A stretch of 64,000 bases of DNA, from contig NC_068990.1 in assembly GCF_001194135.2 (NCBI RefSeq), forward strand, positions 89,186,260 to 89,250,259. The letters run 5' to 3'. The DNA comes from Octopus bimaculoides. Lineage: Eukaryota. Under the pieces are notes generated by a model. It was not told the origin of the DNA. It did not search any database and saw only the letters and a program-made list of their open reading frames with translations. Made by a program: the position numbers and the translations under genes. Positions 51,401 to 64,000 of this stretch are shown here, in pieces. Within the stretch, counting starts at the first letter, position 1. Every line of letters starts with the position of its first letter.

Positions 51401-52130
51401 AATCTCTATCAGCAAATGTTTTATTTTGTTCCTGTATTTAATTTTTTTTTTTTTAAACTGAGACTCCATGGTTTTTCTCTTCCCAAATCATCATTGACAA
51501 TTCTTTTAGTGCCTTCTGTTTTCATTCCAGTCAATTCTATCGATATAATTCTCTCCTCAGCAGTCTCCATAAATAATTTGCTCATTCTCATACAACAGCT
51601 GTTATCTTTAAACCATATCTCTTCAGCTTTCACTGCCAGAAGCTGGCTTTCCTTTCCAAAACTACTGGCCTCCTAACTTCAACACTTTGGCAACAGTACA
51701 CTTGCCTTTATTATGTTCTTTGCTGACAGCTATTCTGTTTCAACTCTAAGGATATTTCACTGAAACAAAGACACTTCTGAGGAAAATTTAATATTCAGGT
51801 GGTCTTCCTATGCTTTAATCTTGTTGTTGTTTCTCTTGTTGCTAGTGTTGTTGTTGTTGTGCAGTTGGTGTCAAGAACATGTTTACTTTGGTAATATTTA
51901 CATACATGCATATATATTGTATGTATGCATGTATATATGTGTTTGTGCGTGTGTTTGTATGTGTGTGTGTGTGTGTGTGTATACATATACACAGCAAACA
52001 CATATATATATTTGTAGATACATCCATCCATATCTATATATATATATATATATATATACACATACACACACATATATACATACACATACATATATAGATA
52101 TACATATGTATATATATGTGTAAATATGTG

Positions 52131-52186
<56 letters not shown>

Positions 52187-52440
52187 ATAGATCCATACAT
52201 AACTGTGTATATATCTCTGTATGTGTGTGCATTAGCTTGGTTTTCAATTTTCAGCCATTTTTATATCTGTAAGATCTGTAGCATCACATGTAAGAAAAAT
52301 GGATTTTGTGATGTTCCCATACATACCAAAAATAGTTTATTATGTGTGTGCATATATATATATATATGCACTTACAAACTCTCCACAGTTGCTACTATAT
52401 CTTAATGCTTTGCGATGTGATTCAGGATTTTATTAATTAA

Positions 52441-52660
52441 CCTTTTCGTTACCAACCCAGCTGAAATCGGCTCTGGCTCTGAATACAAATGCCTTGTTTT
52501 CATAAGTTCTGAATTAAAATCTTCCACCAAAGTTTGGTCACAATTTATGTTCCTAACACTAGCTAAATAATAACTACGTTATTTTACTAATTTCTTTGTT
52601 ATATTTAAAATAATTGAAAGAAACACAGAGCATCTCAAAATAAATACAGTAACGAAAGGG
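52441..52660. mobile_element. piggyBac-like MITE, 220 bp
   Basis: TTAA on both sides; TIR cc(t/c)tttcgttac. Confidence 0.85.
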
Positions 52661-53887
52661 TTAAACCTTTAGTTGTATTGAAAAGTACTAACAATAGTAT
52701 AATATGTGTGTGTGTGTGTGTGTACATACATACATATGTAATTACATATGGTACATGGTCATGCAATGCACACCAGCTGAAGAAGAGCAGTGACCAAATC
52801 ATTAAAGATCCATACAGATACCCACACCATTTTACAAAACACAAGTTTTTTCCATAAGTTTGACAAAGTTATATCTAAATATGTTTACATCTACTGCAGT
52901 TAAATAAATTAAATAGGCCATACTCTTTGCAAGGCTCTCTAGAAACTAGCTGTAAAAAGTAAGCTTAAAACGAACCAGTACAAGTGAACAAACAAAGCAT
53001 TTAGAAGTAGGGATAAGGCCCATTTGACAGCTGACATTTCATTTCACCCACCTGCTCTTCTGAATCAATGTTACAGATATAAGACCAGTAATGTGGGTCA
53101 ACCAGTGGGTGAATTCACTAAAGGTTAAAGGTTATCATTTCATCTCACCCTCACTCTGTTTGGTTTCAGAAATGGAATCAAATCTTTAATTGATTTTTAA
53201 AGTGCTTTTTCTTGTTACAAAGGAATTTTAATGATTGATATATTGCCATTTCCTCCCACCATTTTTATTGTAGAACATAGTTGGAATAAAGGAGTTTTCA
53301 AAGATGCTAGTGGTTGTTGTTTTGACCCAGGCTAGTCCTGATTCTATAGATCTGTCATTGAAAGCTTTCCGCCTGTGACCATCCTCTTCTTTCCCAGACA
53401 AAATGTGTGTTTATAGAACTACATTTTTGATGCTCCCTTCTTTGTTATTTTGCCTCTTATCCAATAGATCTATGATCATTTGTATTCTATCTATGGCCGA
53501 CTCATCTTTTTCGTTTAGGCATCATCATCATCATTGTACATCATTGTCTTACATCAGCATTTAGCATATTTTCTGTGATAATGTTTCAGGGCCAGATGTC
53601 CTTCCTTTTAGTCGTCTCTTGTGACATGCAAGGATTTGATGTGTCTATTCTAAAACTAGGGTATGCAAATTAATATAAAATACGTATTACTACATTGCCT
53701 AATGTGGTCCTTGCTTTTTAAAGACAGTAGAACATGGGTTGAGGGACATTTGACAGCTATTCTTAGGAAGACAAGCAACTTCAGTATTCTTCGTTGCTTT
53801 AGTGTCGAAGTAGCAGAGAAGCAGGACTAAATTATTTTTCAGTGTTTTATGTTGCTTTATATTCTGAGTTCAAATCCAGTTGAAGTT

Positions 53888-54310
53888 GACCTCCATAAGC
53901 AGAAATTATGACCAAAGAGAACATGTGTGTATTCTGTATTCCATTCCAAGCAGTTGTAGCAGTTGATATAATGGTGAAACAAAGTACCCATTAAATGGAA
54001 AGCAAGAGGAACATCATAATGCTGTAATCTGCAGGGAGAGAGACAAATCAGGCATGGTTGATCATTTGTGGAGGGAAAATGGATGTCACTGATCCTTGTG
54101 GAACAACCAAGAATATAGAGGGAAAACAACACTGAAATACAGAATGACTGAAATAATCAGGACATATGTTGGGCTTCCATAATTTGTTGATTAGCCTAGC
54201 ATAATGATGAATATCATATGGAAGCTTTAATATTAAACCTACAGAAAATTTAGATTTTAAGTTCCTAATGCTGATAACTTAATTGTCCTATGGGGCAATG
54301 GGGTAGTGAA
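53888..54310 (+). mobile_element. Older Penelope GIY-YIG relic followed by the start of the tRNA-like head
   Basis: Colinear with 20672-21016 (YSIP..C...YNGET...EEH..AV...DKSG..DHLW...GHML); followed by ttaattgtcctatggggcaatggggtagtg. Confidence 0.75.
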
Positions 54311-55048
54311 CATAAACATTGATTGAACCGTTTGATATCAATCTACCCTGATATGAAGATCACCTCTGGTTCATCAAATCCCTGCATGTCAAAGAAATAA
54401 ACTGCGTTTTAAATTGATTACCTTATCACCACCCTCTTTATCTCTGTAGCTTCACTCCAATTACTCCCACTCACCATTGTATAATATGAAGCAGCCATGT
54501 ATCTCTTCTACACCAAGAAACCTGTTTCTGTCCTTTCTATCAGACTTTAACCTCTCAGCACCTCATATAAAGCTGCTTTCCTCTCTACTGTACTCCCTTT
54601 CAGTCAAGGCAATTCTTTAGCTTTGTGAGTTACATGGCATCCTTACTATTGCTAATGCTTCAAAAAGCATGCAGTACACTCTGTGGTTAGCGCTAGGAAG
54701 GGCATTCGGCTGTAACAATTCTGCCAAAGTAGATATTGAAGTACAATATACTCCTCTGTCTTGTCAGATTCTGTGGAAATGCCCAACCCATGCCAGCAGA
54801 GAAGACAGACGTTAAATGATGGTGATGATGATGATGATAGTGGTGGTGGTGGTATATGAATATTCAAGGTATATAAACCAAGATATGCAAGGAATATATT
54901 AAATCATTATAAAATGATTTACCTAATTACTATTAAATAATGATTTACTAAACAAATCTATTGTAAATGGAAATCACCTAAGGTTTATATTCTGGCTGTA
55001 AATATTTAATTTACTTCATGAATATTTATTGAAAATAAATGAACATCG

Positions 55049-55066
55049 CCACTCTTAATCCCTCCA

Positions 55067-55133
<67 letters not shown>
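55049..55133. repeat. (CT)n microsatellite
   Basis: Pure CT run. Confidence 0.97.
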
Positions 55134-55137
<4 letters not shown>

Positions 55138-55919
55138 ACACACACACTTCTTGAAGTCAATAAAAGCAAACACTCACAAACACATACCTATTGGCCATGA
55201 AAGGTTTATTTAACTAGTGTGGAAGAAGACTGAACAGTTTCCTGTTTGCAGTTTATTACAATTTATTATTTATCAATGACATCTTATAGACATCAACAGC
55301 TGAGGCAGGCTGTTACCATTCACTTTGTGTTGTGGTGTCAGTTAATGGTTGAATTGTAGTTTAGCAAGTTAAATTTATTCTCCACTAACTGATAGACATA
55401 ACAGTCTGAAAGCATTCGGGACACATGCTATATATTTAGTGCCTTCAACACCAACTAGCATGAAACAGCCTCAATTAAAGTGATTACATTTAAAATTCAA
55501 ATCCAGCTGAAATGTCATTATTACATTAAAGATAATATCGTATATCAATATGTAAACATTTGTTATTTGTTGGAAGTAATTTATTTTATTAAACCTCTCA
55601 TGATTCTTGACTATTTTGAAAATTTAACCATAAAGACAGAATACAGTCCCAATAGGGTTGATGATTGCAATAAATGGTTCTCAAGGCCCTTGAAGGACCT
55701 TTCGAGTTGGTGCAGCTTTCTTTTGATGATGAGAAGCAGATAGATTAAAGAGAAATTTCAGTTCCTAGACAGATCACTTGTATGTCACAGGTAACATTCC
55801 CATTTGATCTAGTTTTTTTTTTCTTTTATTATATCTGGTCAGATAATGTAACTGTTTTTCTATACAGGAAAAAGGGATGAGAAATAAACCTCTTTCTGGT
55901 TAAGGTTGTGGTTTATCCC

Positions 55920-57260
55920 AGGCAGGATCTAAAAAAGTGGTTTCAAGTACATTGGGGCTTGGAGAGTCAAAATGAGGCCCTTGAAAATCTGATGGCTTCT
56001 TGCTGAAAGAAAACCTCAATAATCCCTTCCATCACTTTATAAAAGTTAGCAAACATGTAGCTTTTCAAATATTTTATTAGCTTCTTACCAAGACCTGTCT
56101 ATTTTTTTCTGAGGCAAATGGAACATTTCACCCTGTGAAAGGGTGAATGAGTGACAATACCTATGAACAAGGGTGTCAGACATGTTTGATTCATCTTTAT
56201 GTCTGATTAAATTTGAATCAGACATTTAATGTTGTCTGAATTTATCCAATTTATTGGCTCATAAGTTCTGGCAAAGAAACTTGAAAGTATCATGCATTTT
56301 GCTTCTCATCTTAACAACATTCAGTTAGCATTGCAAGATTTTTTGGAGCTTAACAGACTGTACAAGAAGTGAAGTGAATGAAATATTAGTAAAACCTACA
56401 CACTTTGCTTGCATGTTAATTTTGGCTGTTTGATATAAGGTATTGATTTTTGTAGATATTTGCAACAAGTCTGTTAAACCAGAGGTGTCACATTGGATGT
56501 GAAGGGAAATTTCTTTGAAGATTTAAAGAAGATATGAAACAACTGGAAAAACATCTGGAAAGAAGCTAAAGAGGTGACATCAGATCTTGAGATGGAAATC
56601 AAACTCCCACAAGTATGTGAAGGTGTGAGACAAAAGAAGGGAGCATGATGACACAACTTCTGATGCCAATTTTCAGAAACATCTGATACAGAGGATTTGC
56701 AAGCTGAGGCCCATATTAATGTTAAAGTTTTGATTGATATTGCAGAATTTATTATACTTTTTAATGTCAAGTGGTTCACAGAAAATTTTGATTTCCTCAG
56801 GAAATGTCTCACAATATCTGAAAGTAAAGAGGTGAAAAAAAAGTGAAGCTGTTTGAACATCATTATTCCACTGACCTTCAGAATGAAAAATTTGCAACAA
56901 AATACATTCACCATCAATACATAAAACAAATTTTGGAAACCAGAACTGAAATCTTTAGAACTGCTAAATTTATCAACTGACTAAAAACTTTGTGAGATAT
57001 TTCCAAATATTTGTGCTAATTTGAGAATACTGTTGACAATTCCAGCTGCAATAGCATCTGTAAAAAAATCTTTCAGCAAACTTAAACATAGCAAAAACCT
57101 TTTAAAGGGCAATGTGTCTTACCTGTTAATTTAGCCAGAAGGAATATTGAATCAAACATTGCCAGATAAACTGACTTGTGATAATGTTATAAGAAATTTT
57201 TTTAGATAAAAATGTTTGAAGGAAAAGGTTATTTCTTTAATTGATGAGGCTCGTTGTATA
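55920..57260 (+). pseudogene. hAT transposase relic (ZMYM1-like, with dimerisation domain)
   Basis: EIFPNICANLRILLTIPAAIASVKKSFSKLK...NIE...DNVIRNF; upstream NWKNIWKEAKEV; many stops and frameshifts. Confidence 0.8.
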
Positions 57261-57619
57261 AAGTAAATTATAATCTGGTTATTCTGGAGAACAGGGAATA
57301 AAGCATATTCATTAGGTTATCAGTGGTTATATTTAGATTTCTTGAGATTAGCCAACATGTAAAAATATGCTTTTATAATTATACATCAAAAATTGCCTAT
57401 TTTGTTGTTGTTGTTGTTATTTCTTCTTTATCATCATCATCATCATTTTCATGTTCATTTTTCAGTGTTTGCTTTGGTTAGATGGAATTTGTTGAGGCAG
57501 ATTTTCTATGGGTGGATGCCTTTCCTGTTGTTAACCCTCACCTATTTCCATGCAAGGTAATATTTCCCTGTGTGATGTGGAAAATATTCCATCAATATTG
57601 CACAAATGATGTTGGCATC

Positions 57620-57960
57620 AATTTTAAAATCCACCCAAGACTTGGCCCCCGTGCTATCCACCCACTACAAAAATCGAACTCAGGACACATAACAACATTA
57701 CGACACAACTACTTTACTTCAACTGGTCCAGCTCTTTTTAATATCATACCAAAATATGTCAAAACAGAAACAGATCCCATAAAATCTTAAAGTTCTCTGG
57801 ACAAATTTCTTCAAAAATCCTGGACCAACCTTCTACACCTGGATATGTCTCCAACAATAATAACTCTTTGCTAGAGTTGCCCATGGTGTCCCATATATGA
57901 CTAAAAGGCTTCACCAGGTGGTGCTATTAAGTTAGACATGGTTTGGGCCTTTACATGACC
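57620..57960 (+). mobile_element. CR1/L2-group LINE 3' end
   Basis: HPRLG...TGPALFNIIP...LDKFLQ..DQPSTPGY..NNNSL. Confidence 0.7.
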
Positions 57961-58184
57961 TAGGCCTATATTTTATATATACCAACTTGTTTATGAATAT
58001 CTTTTGTTTCATATAAAAATACTCTGAGACTATCGCTGTTTTTATATAAACCAACTCGCCTAAGAATATCTTGGGTTCTATGAGTCAAAACCTCTCATTT
58101 TAAGGTGTTCATATTTAAACTAAAACCTCCCTTTACAATCTTAAGTAAGACCCTTTCATTAATTATTTTTGAACAGTGGCTTAA

Positions 58185-58561
58185 CCCTTTTTATACTAAC
58201 CTGCTTGAAACCACCACCCCTGGTCCTTTAATACAAACATTACATTTTAAAGTGATCTAAATTAAGACCTTCCATCAAAATTTCATGTTAATTTATGTTC
58301 CAATACCAGACTAAATAATGACAAAGTTATTTTACTAATTTCCTTATTATTTTCAAAATTAATTGAAACAAAGCATGAGGAAGGGCATCCAGCTGTAGAA
58401 ACTCTGCCAAATCAGATTGGAGCCTGGTGTCGCCTCCTGGTCCACCAGTCCTCAGTCAAATCGTCCAACCCATGCTAGCATGGAAAGCGGACGTTGACCG
58501 ACAATGATGATGATGATGATGAAAGGTGATGCATTTCAACAGAAATGTGATAACAAATGGG
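58185..58561. mobile_element. piggyBac-like MITE interrupted by an RTE tail
   Basis: TTAA|cccttt...atggg|TTAA; the body matches 13990 and 52441. Confidence 0.8.
58374..58521 (+). mobile_element. 5'-truncated RTE (family A) tail nested in the MITE
   Basis: Very similar to 89-230; short aaag duplication at the junctions. Confidence 0.85.
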
Positions 58562-59623
58562 TTAATGATGAAAATGTTATTTTTATCAAATGCTTCCCAA
58601 TACATAATCATTTTCAAAATATTTGAAATCTATCAAAAGTGCATTTTGTAAATGTGGTCCCAAGAGTGTTAAACACAGTAAATTATAGACAGTGACAAAA
58701 TACTTCTGGGTATTTAGTTCACTTTTCTACCACTTCTGACACTCTACCACCTGCTAAATTATTATAGAAAGAGTTTCTGTCTTCACTTGACTGATCTGAT
58801 ATTAATATGGGGAAAAAAGGAAAGAATGACTGTAATAAAAATGGTCTTTTAATCAGTGGCTGAAGGCTTTGAACAGCAAGTTGCCCAAGGCTGACAGCTA
58901 CTTTTGAAGCCTTTCAGGAGGAAATACACACATAACATCTGTTCTTGTGTGACCAGTGAACTCAAACAAGGTCATGTTGAGTGACTGACTGCTTGGGAAA
59001 CCAGGTGCTGTGAATATTTTGTGTTGTATGTGTGTAGCCTAACTATCTGCTTAGTTGACTGCTTGGAGATGGTTGCAGTGGGATAACCTTACACTTTAAT
59101 AATCCATCCATTCCCATTCTCTGTCTCTCTCTCTATCTCTGTCGTTTCCTTTCAGATTCTTTCCCTTCTTCTGTGATGATTACTTCTCCGGTTCTTCTTT
59201 GCTTCACCAACCAGCCTGCCATCTATCTATCCACTCATCAGGCTAGGTTGCCAACTCACTAAGCAGCTAGCCAGTCAACCAAGCTAGCTAAGACACCACT
59301 TCATACAATCACAACCAACACTTACTGGCAGGCGAACATTCCACGAGGGAGCCTGTATGTGGTCGCACAGCCTGTTAGAAGTAGCAGCTAAATCTTTTTT
59401 CAAATCACATCCCAATCATCTTCAAAAAAAGAAAGGATGCTCTAGATAACGTAGCCCTCCTAGATGTCTGGGGGATGGAGAGGAAAGAAAAGAAAGAAGC
59501 TAGAATGCTTTTGACCATAGGTCTGCTTTATTAGGGTTGACCTAGGGCTAAACAGCAACTGTTATATAGCGTATTAGTTGCCTTTTTAGCACCACACTAG
59601 CCCTGAGTGAGTTGACCTATGAT

Positions 59624-59698
<75 letters not shown>

Positions 59699-61691
59699 CA
59701 CACAATCTGATGCTCAAATCTCTTTAAATCTAATTAGCACACTAAAATAGGACATCAATTAAACAAGTCAAAATACATAGTTGTTAGTTAAAAATTAACA
59801 TTTTTGAAGTAAAATCTGTTGGATGGATGTAGTCAGAAATTGAACTCTCCATCAGGTTATCTCATACTTTTTTTCCCCCCTCTATCACATAGACCCTCCC
59901 CACTACTGGTGGAACAAATGAATGAATGAATGAAAGAATGAAAGGATGAAAGAATAACTGTCTGCTTGAGAAAACCAGGTGTTATTATATGAATACTGCT
60001 GTTTGGCTGAGGTTGAAGCTGTTTTGGCTGTTTGGTTGTTTGAACCAACTGCCTACCTGCTTAGTGACTGCATTAACGGTGGGAGAAAAAGAGGCTGTGG
60101 GTTGGCGGTGTTAAAGATTGTTGTAGTAACAATAATTACACAAAGACATAACAAAAGAAAAAAGAGGGAAGTGAATAGATTTCTGAACAGTGGATCATTC
60201 TATCCTGTCTACTTTCTGAAGAGCAAATAGACAAATAAATGAATATATATATTTTTTTAAATCATCCAAATTTTAGCAGTAATAGTTGCAGTAGTTTATA
60301 TATGAATTTCCAAAGTTAAACTAAATGGCTTCGTTTTAAAAAAAGTAAATAAAATAGAATTATCATAAAAAAAAAAAAAATTCAAAATACTAATGAGTGG
60401 TGTAAAACTGACTCAGGAAATTGAAAATATTGATTTGTAGCCATACAACACAAGGCCACATATTTAGGGAGTGGGTTCGTTCAGTCATTGAAATTGATCT
60501 TGACTGGTAAAGTATTTTAACAGCCCTGAAAGGATGAAAGACAAAGTTGACCTCAACAGGAGTTGAACTTAGAATGTAAAGGGCTGTAACTATAAATATT
60601 GCGAGGTATTTTGTCTGCCACCTAAACTTTTCTGGCAAACCACTTATTGAAAACCATAAGAACTTGTGTTCTTGATGAATGCTACTTAAATTTACTGACT
60701 TTGGAAAGATGAAAGATAAAGTTGACTTGAGTATTATTTGAGTTTAGAACATGAAGAAACTCATCTGAATATCATGAGGGAATATCTTCACCTTCAATGC
60801 TCCACTGATTCTTCCTTATACCACATTTTCAAAATAAGATTATACGACATAGAACAGCCATAATGTTTTGAGACTCTTAAGTTTTTCAAATGATTTCATA
60901 ACAAATTTAAAAGTTTTGGCTTTATTTAACTAACCCCTCATACTCCTCCTGGTCCCTAGTTTCCTTCTTTCAGGTAGAGAGTTGCTAGAAACATTAGAAC
61001 TAAATGGCCACTGAGGTTGCTGTTGCAGATTTTTCCCTCAATCTTTTTACTCAGGGGTGGGGGAGGCAGTGAGGAGGAGAAGGTATCATACTAGAGATCT
61101 GACTTGAATACTTAAAACACAGCGAACTTTATAAAAAGCACACAAGGTGCTAGGTGGTAGTGTTAGACCAAATTATGAATCAAATCTACCATCAAGGTAG
61201 GCTATGGTAGGATTTGAACTCAGAATGCAAAAGTCTAGAACAGAGACTGCAAGGAATCTGGTCCAATGTTCTTATATGTTCATCAGTCCTCTGTCCTACA
61301 TTGTTATTTTTTAATTGGTCTCAAAGGATAAGCGGCAATGTTATCTTGGCAGGACTTGAACTCATAAAGATCCAGAACAAATATTGATTACAAATTTTGA
61401 CATAAGGCTAGCAATTTCAGGAAAGGAGATTACATCAACCCCAGTGTTCAACTGGTTCTTATCTTAAATCGACCTTCATGGAATTTGAACTCAGAACATA
61501 AGATGGATGAAATGCTGCTAAACATTTCGCTTGGCATGCTAACGATCCTACCAGCTCACTGCCTTAGTCAGAACAAACATTATGAAGCATCATTCTGCTT
61601 GATATTCTAATAACTTTGCCAGTTCCCAGCCTGAGTAGATGTATGATGAAATGCATTCTCAGTTCTGATGTTTTCTTTATCTTTTACTCAG

Positions 61692-61736
61692 GGAAGATGG
61701 CAGGACCCATGATCTGTTGCAGAGTCTCCAAGACAG
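61692..61736 (+). CDS. Candidate 45-nt exon (EDGRTHDLLQSLQD), gene unknown
   Basis: Long pyrimidine tract ttttctttatcttttactcag, AG|GTGGGA donor, symmetric length; no recognised homology. Confidence 0.25.
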
Positions 61737-62120
61737 GTGGGAAGAGGGAGGAAGGTATCCATAAAGCAGAAACCTGGTTTCAATGCTTACAACAGAGTTA
61801 AGTCTATTACCCAAGTAGGCCATGGCAGAATTTGGACTCAGGATGCAAATAGCTGGAACAAAACAATCATACAGTTCCACCAATTAACCACTTAGTATTG
61901 GTATTATCTCATATTTGTATGTCTAAGACTACAGTTCTAAAATTTTCCCTTTTAAAAACAGTAGAGTAATATTTGAAAGAGACTTGGCTGCTATTTCTAG
62001 CAGGTTTCTAATAAATATTTAGAGGTTCCAGAGCTAAACAGTAGAACTTGCAGTCTCCATACACCAAGTTAAATTTCTTATTAGAATCAATTTTGCATTT
62101 CTTCTTTCAATTGGGTGCTG

Positions 62121-62580
62121 GTGTTGTTTGACCCCAGCTCAGTCCTGATCCAACAGACTGATGATGAAATATGCTCCAGCCATGACTACTCCGTCATTTT
62201 TTTAAACAGTTTAAGATCACATTATCCAAGGAGTCCCATTTTGTTGTTTTTCAGTCTCAGGTCAGACCTAGTCCAGCTGACCTGTAATGAAAAGCCTTTC
62301 AACCATGACCATCCTTCCTTGTTGTTTAGTTTCAGGTCAGCCCTGATCTGGCCGAAAAAAGAAAAAGACTGTCCTATTCTTTTTACAGATATTATAAAGT
62401 CTAATGTGTTCCTCCATCTGGTTGTTTAACCCCCTGGTCAATCTTGATTCAACAGACCTGACCATCATGAACTTTTTCCAGACATAATGTGCCTAGGACA
62501 ACCTTATCTAATAAGTCCTTCTATGTTTTGTAGTAGAAAGTGAATTGAGGGAGATATGGCTACTATTTATTGCAGGTCAA
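62121..62580 (-). mobile_element. Stack of four family C 3' ends
   Basis: The motif gttgttt...c(a/t)g(g/c)tcag/a recurs at about 62121, 62241, 62319 and 62421. Confidence 0.7.
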
Positions 62581-62854
62581 ATGAAAACATAAAGTCTTTT
62601 GTTGGTTTGTCTTTTCGGTGGTTGACAAAACGACTACCAGTAATATGCTGGGATTGATACAATCATCTTTATACCCATCCTTGAAAAAGGTAAAAAATAA
62701 TAATAAAAGGTTTATATCAGTAAGACATGTCCCCTCCACAAATTTTCTCTTTGTTATTTTATCCCAGTACTCTTATTCTTACAGGTTTTCTGTCTCAAGC
62801 ACAAAACATGTTGATACTTGAATTGTTTGTAACCAGTTTTGATAAAAACGGGTA

Positions 62855-63881
62855 CATGAATTGATTGTGCTTACAGTACACACACACACACACACACTCT
62901 CTCTCTCACACACACAAACATTGCTCTTCCTCCCTCATCTGCTCCACCCCCACCCACTCCATCACTGTACTGCATTATTCTGTCACTGTAACTAATGAAA
63001 GCATAACCCATTGCTACATAATATCATTACCCTTTCTGTGCTACTAGTCATCCTTCTCTCTCCCCTAAGCCATTTTCTACTGGCCTCCATCTCTCATTCT
63101 TACCAGTGTCCCCAACCACACCCTCACTCACCACGACTACCTTCACTCATTATTTACCTATGACCCCCCCCACCCGTTTCTACCCATCACTCGCTCCTCT
63201 CCCCAGCTCTAGTAATCTTTACTCACCCTATCTGATCTTTCTGTCACCATGCTCTCTTCTGTTCACCTCCTTGGATATGTTACCTTAAAGGTATGCTCTG
63301 GCTCCTCATCACCATCATACTTATCTCTCTTTCTATTACCACTTCACTCCAAAAAGGGTGGAGTAGTAGCTCCCCCCCACCGCCTTTTCTCCTACTCAAC
63401 CGATCATACTGTCCTCCTTCTTATCACTCACTTATTCACTCTCACTAATCCCTGACACTACTCATTTTCTTTCCCTTCTCTTACTCCCTTGCTTGTCAGT
63501 GTCTCTGTTAGTTTCTCCAATAAAACCATCTAACAATAATAAACCTGTTCCTTCCATTGTACTTTAACTTCTTAACATCTTGCTTAAAGCCTTTGTTCTT
63601 TCTCCTATTCCCCCCCCCCTTTGCCATGGGAGCTCTTTAGTTTTGTGAGTTACAAGGTAACCTCACAAGTACTGTTACCATAAGAAAAAGCATTCAGTAA
63701 ACTCCATAAAATGGTTGGCATTAGGGCATTAGGAAGGCATCCAATAATAGTATTCGTGCCAAAATGGGCATTGGAACAAGATGGCATCTGCCAACCTACT
63801 GGATCTTGTTAACCCATTCAACAACCACTGCCAACATGGAAAACAGATGTAAAATAAGGATGATGATGATGATGATGATGA

Positions 63882-63884
<3 letters not shown>
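62855..63884 (+). mobile_element. RTE LINE 3' end, long-UTR subfamily
   Basis: aattgattgtgctt matches the ORF end at 17750, followed by a C/T-rich UTR, the family A tail and (GAT)n. Confidence 0.7.
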
Positions 63885-63951
<67 letters not shown>

Positions 63952-64000
63952 CTTGTTAGAAATATTTTGGATTTTATCCAGTTTCCATCTACCAAATCCA

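Noticed and set aside
51421-51675. Protein-like minus-strand ORF (KAEEIWFKDN...)
   Set aside because: Weak acceptor, no donor, ends in poly-A; neither a gene nor a TE could be assigned.

Overview
AT-rich, repeat-dense metazoan genomic DNA with six microsatellite-flanked N gaps. The repeat families look like those of Octopus; this is inferred, not verified. The only host gene I recognise is the first coding exon of a STAM-like VHS-domain gene (MPLFGNSGSFDPDV, minus strand, 27383-27425) with its promoter. I could not find its exon 2 in the 27 kb downstream. Nearly everything else is transposon-derived: RTE LINE 3' ends, two tRNA-type SINE families, one unclassified retroposon, CR1/L2, R4/Dong and Hero LINE relics, mariner, Tc1 and hAT transposase relics, and several small TIR elements (Merlin-like, hAT, Tigger, piggyBac-like, mariner-like). 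The most interesting signal is a Penelope-like element whose pseudo-LTR joins a tRNA-Ser-like Pol III head to a minimal hammerhead ribozyme. Three hammerhead copies are present, each with different lesions. Also notable are a nearly full-length decayed Naiad-type Penelope element, a 186-bp-arm near-perfect hairpin, and a candidate 30-nt poison exon in STAM intron 1.
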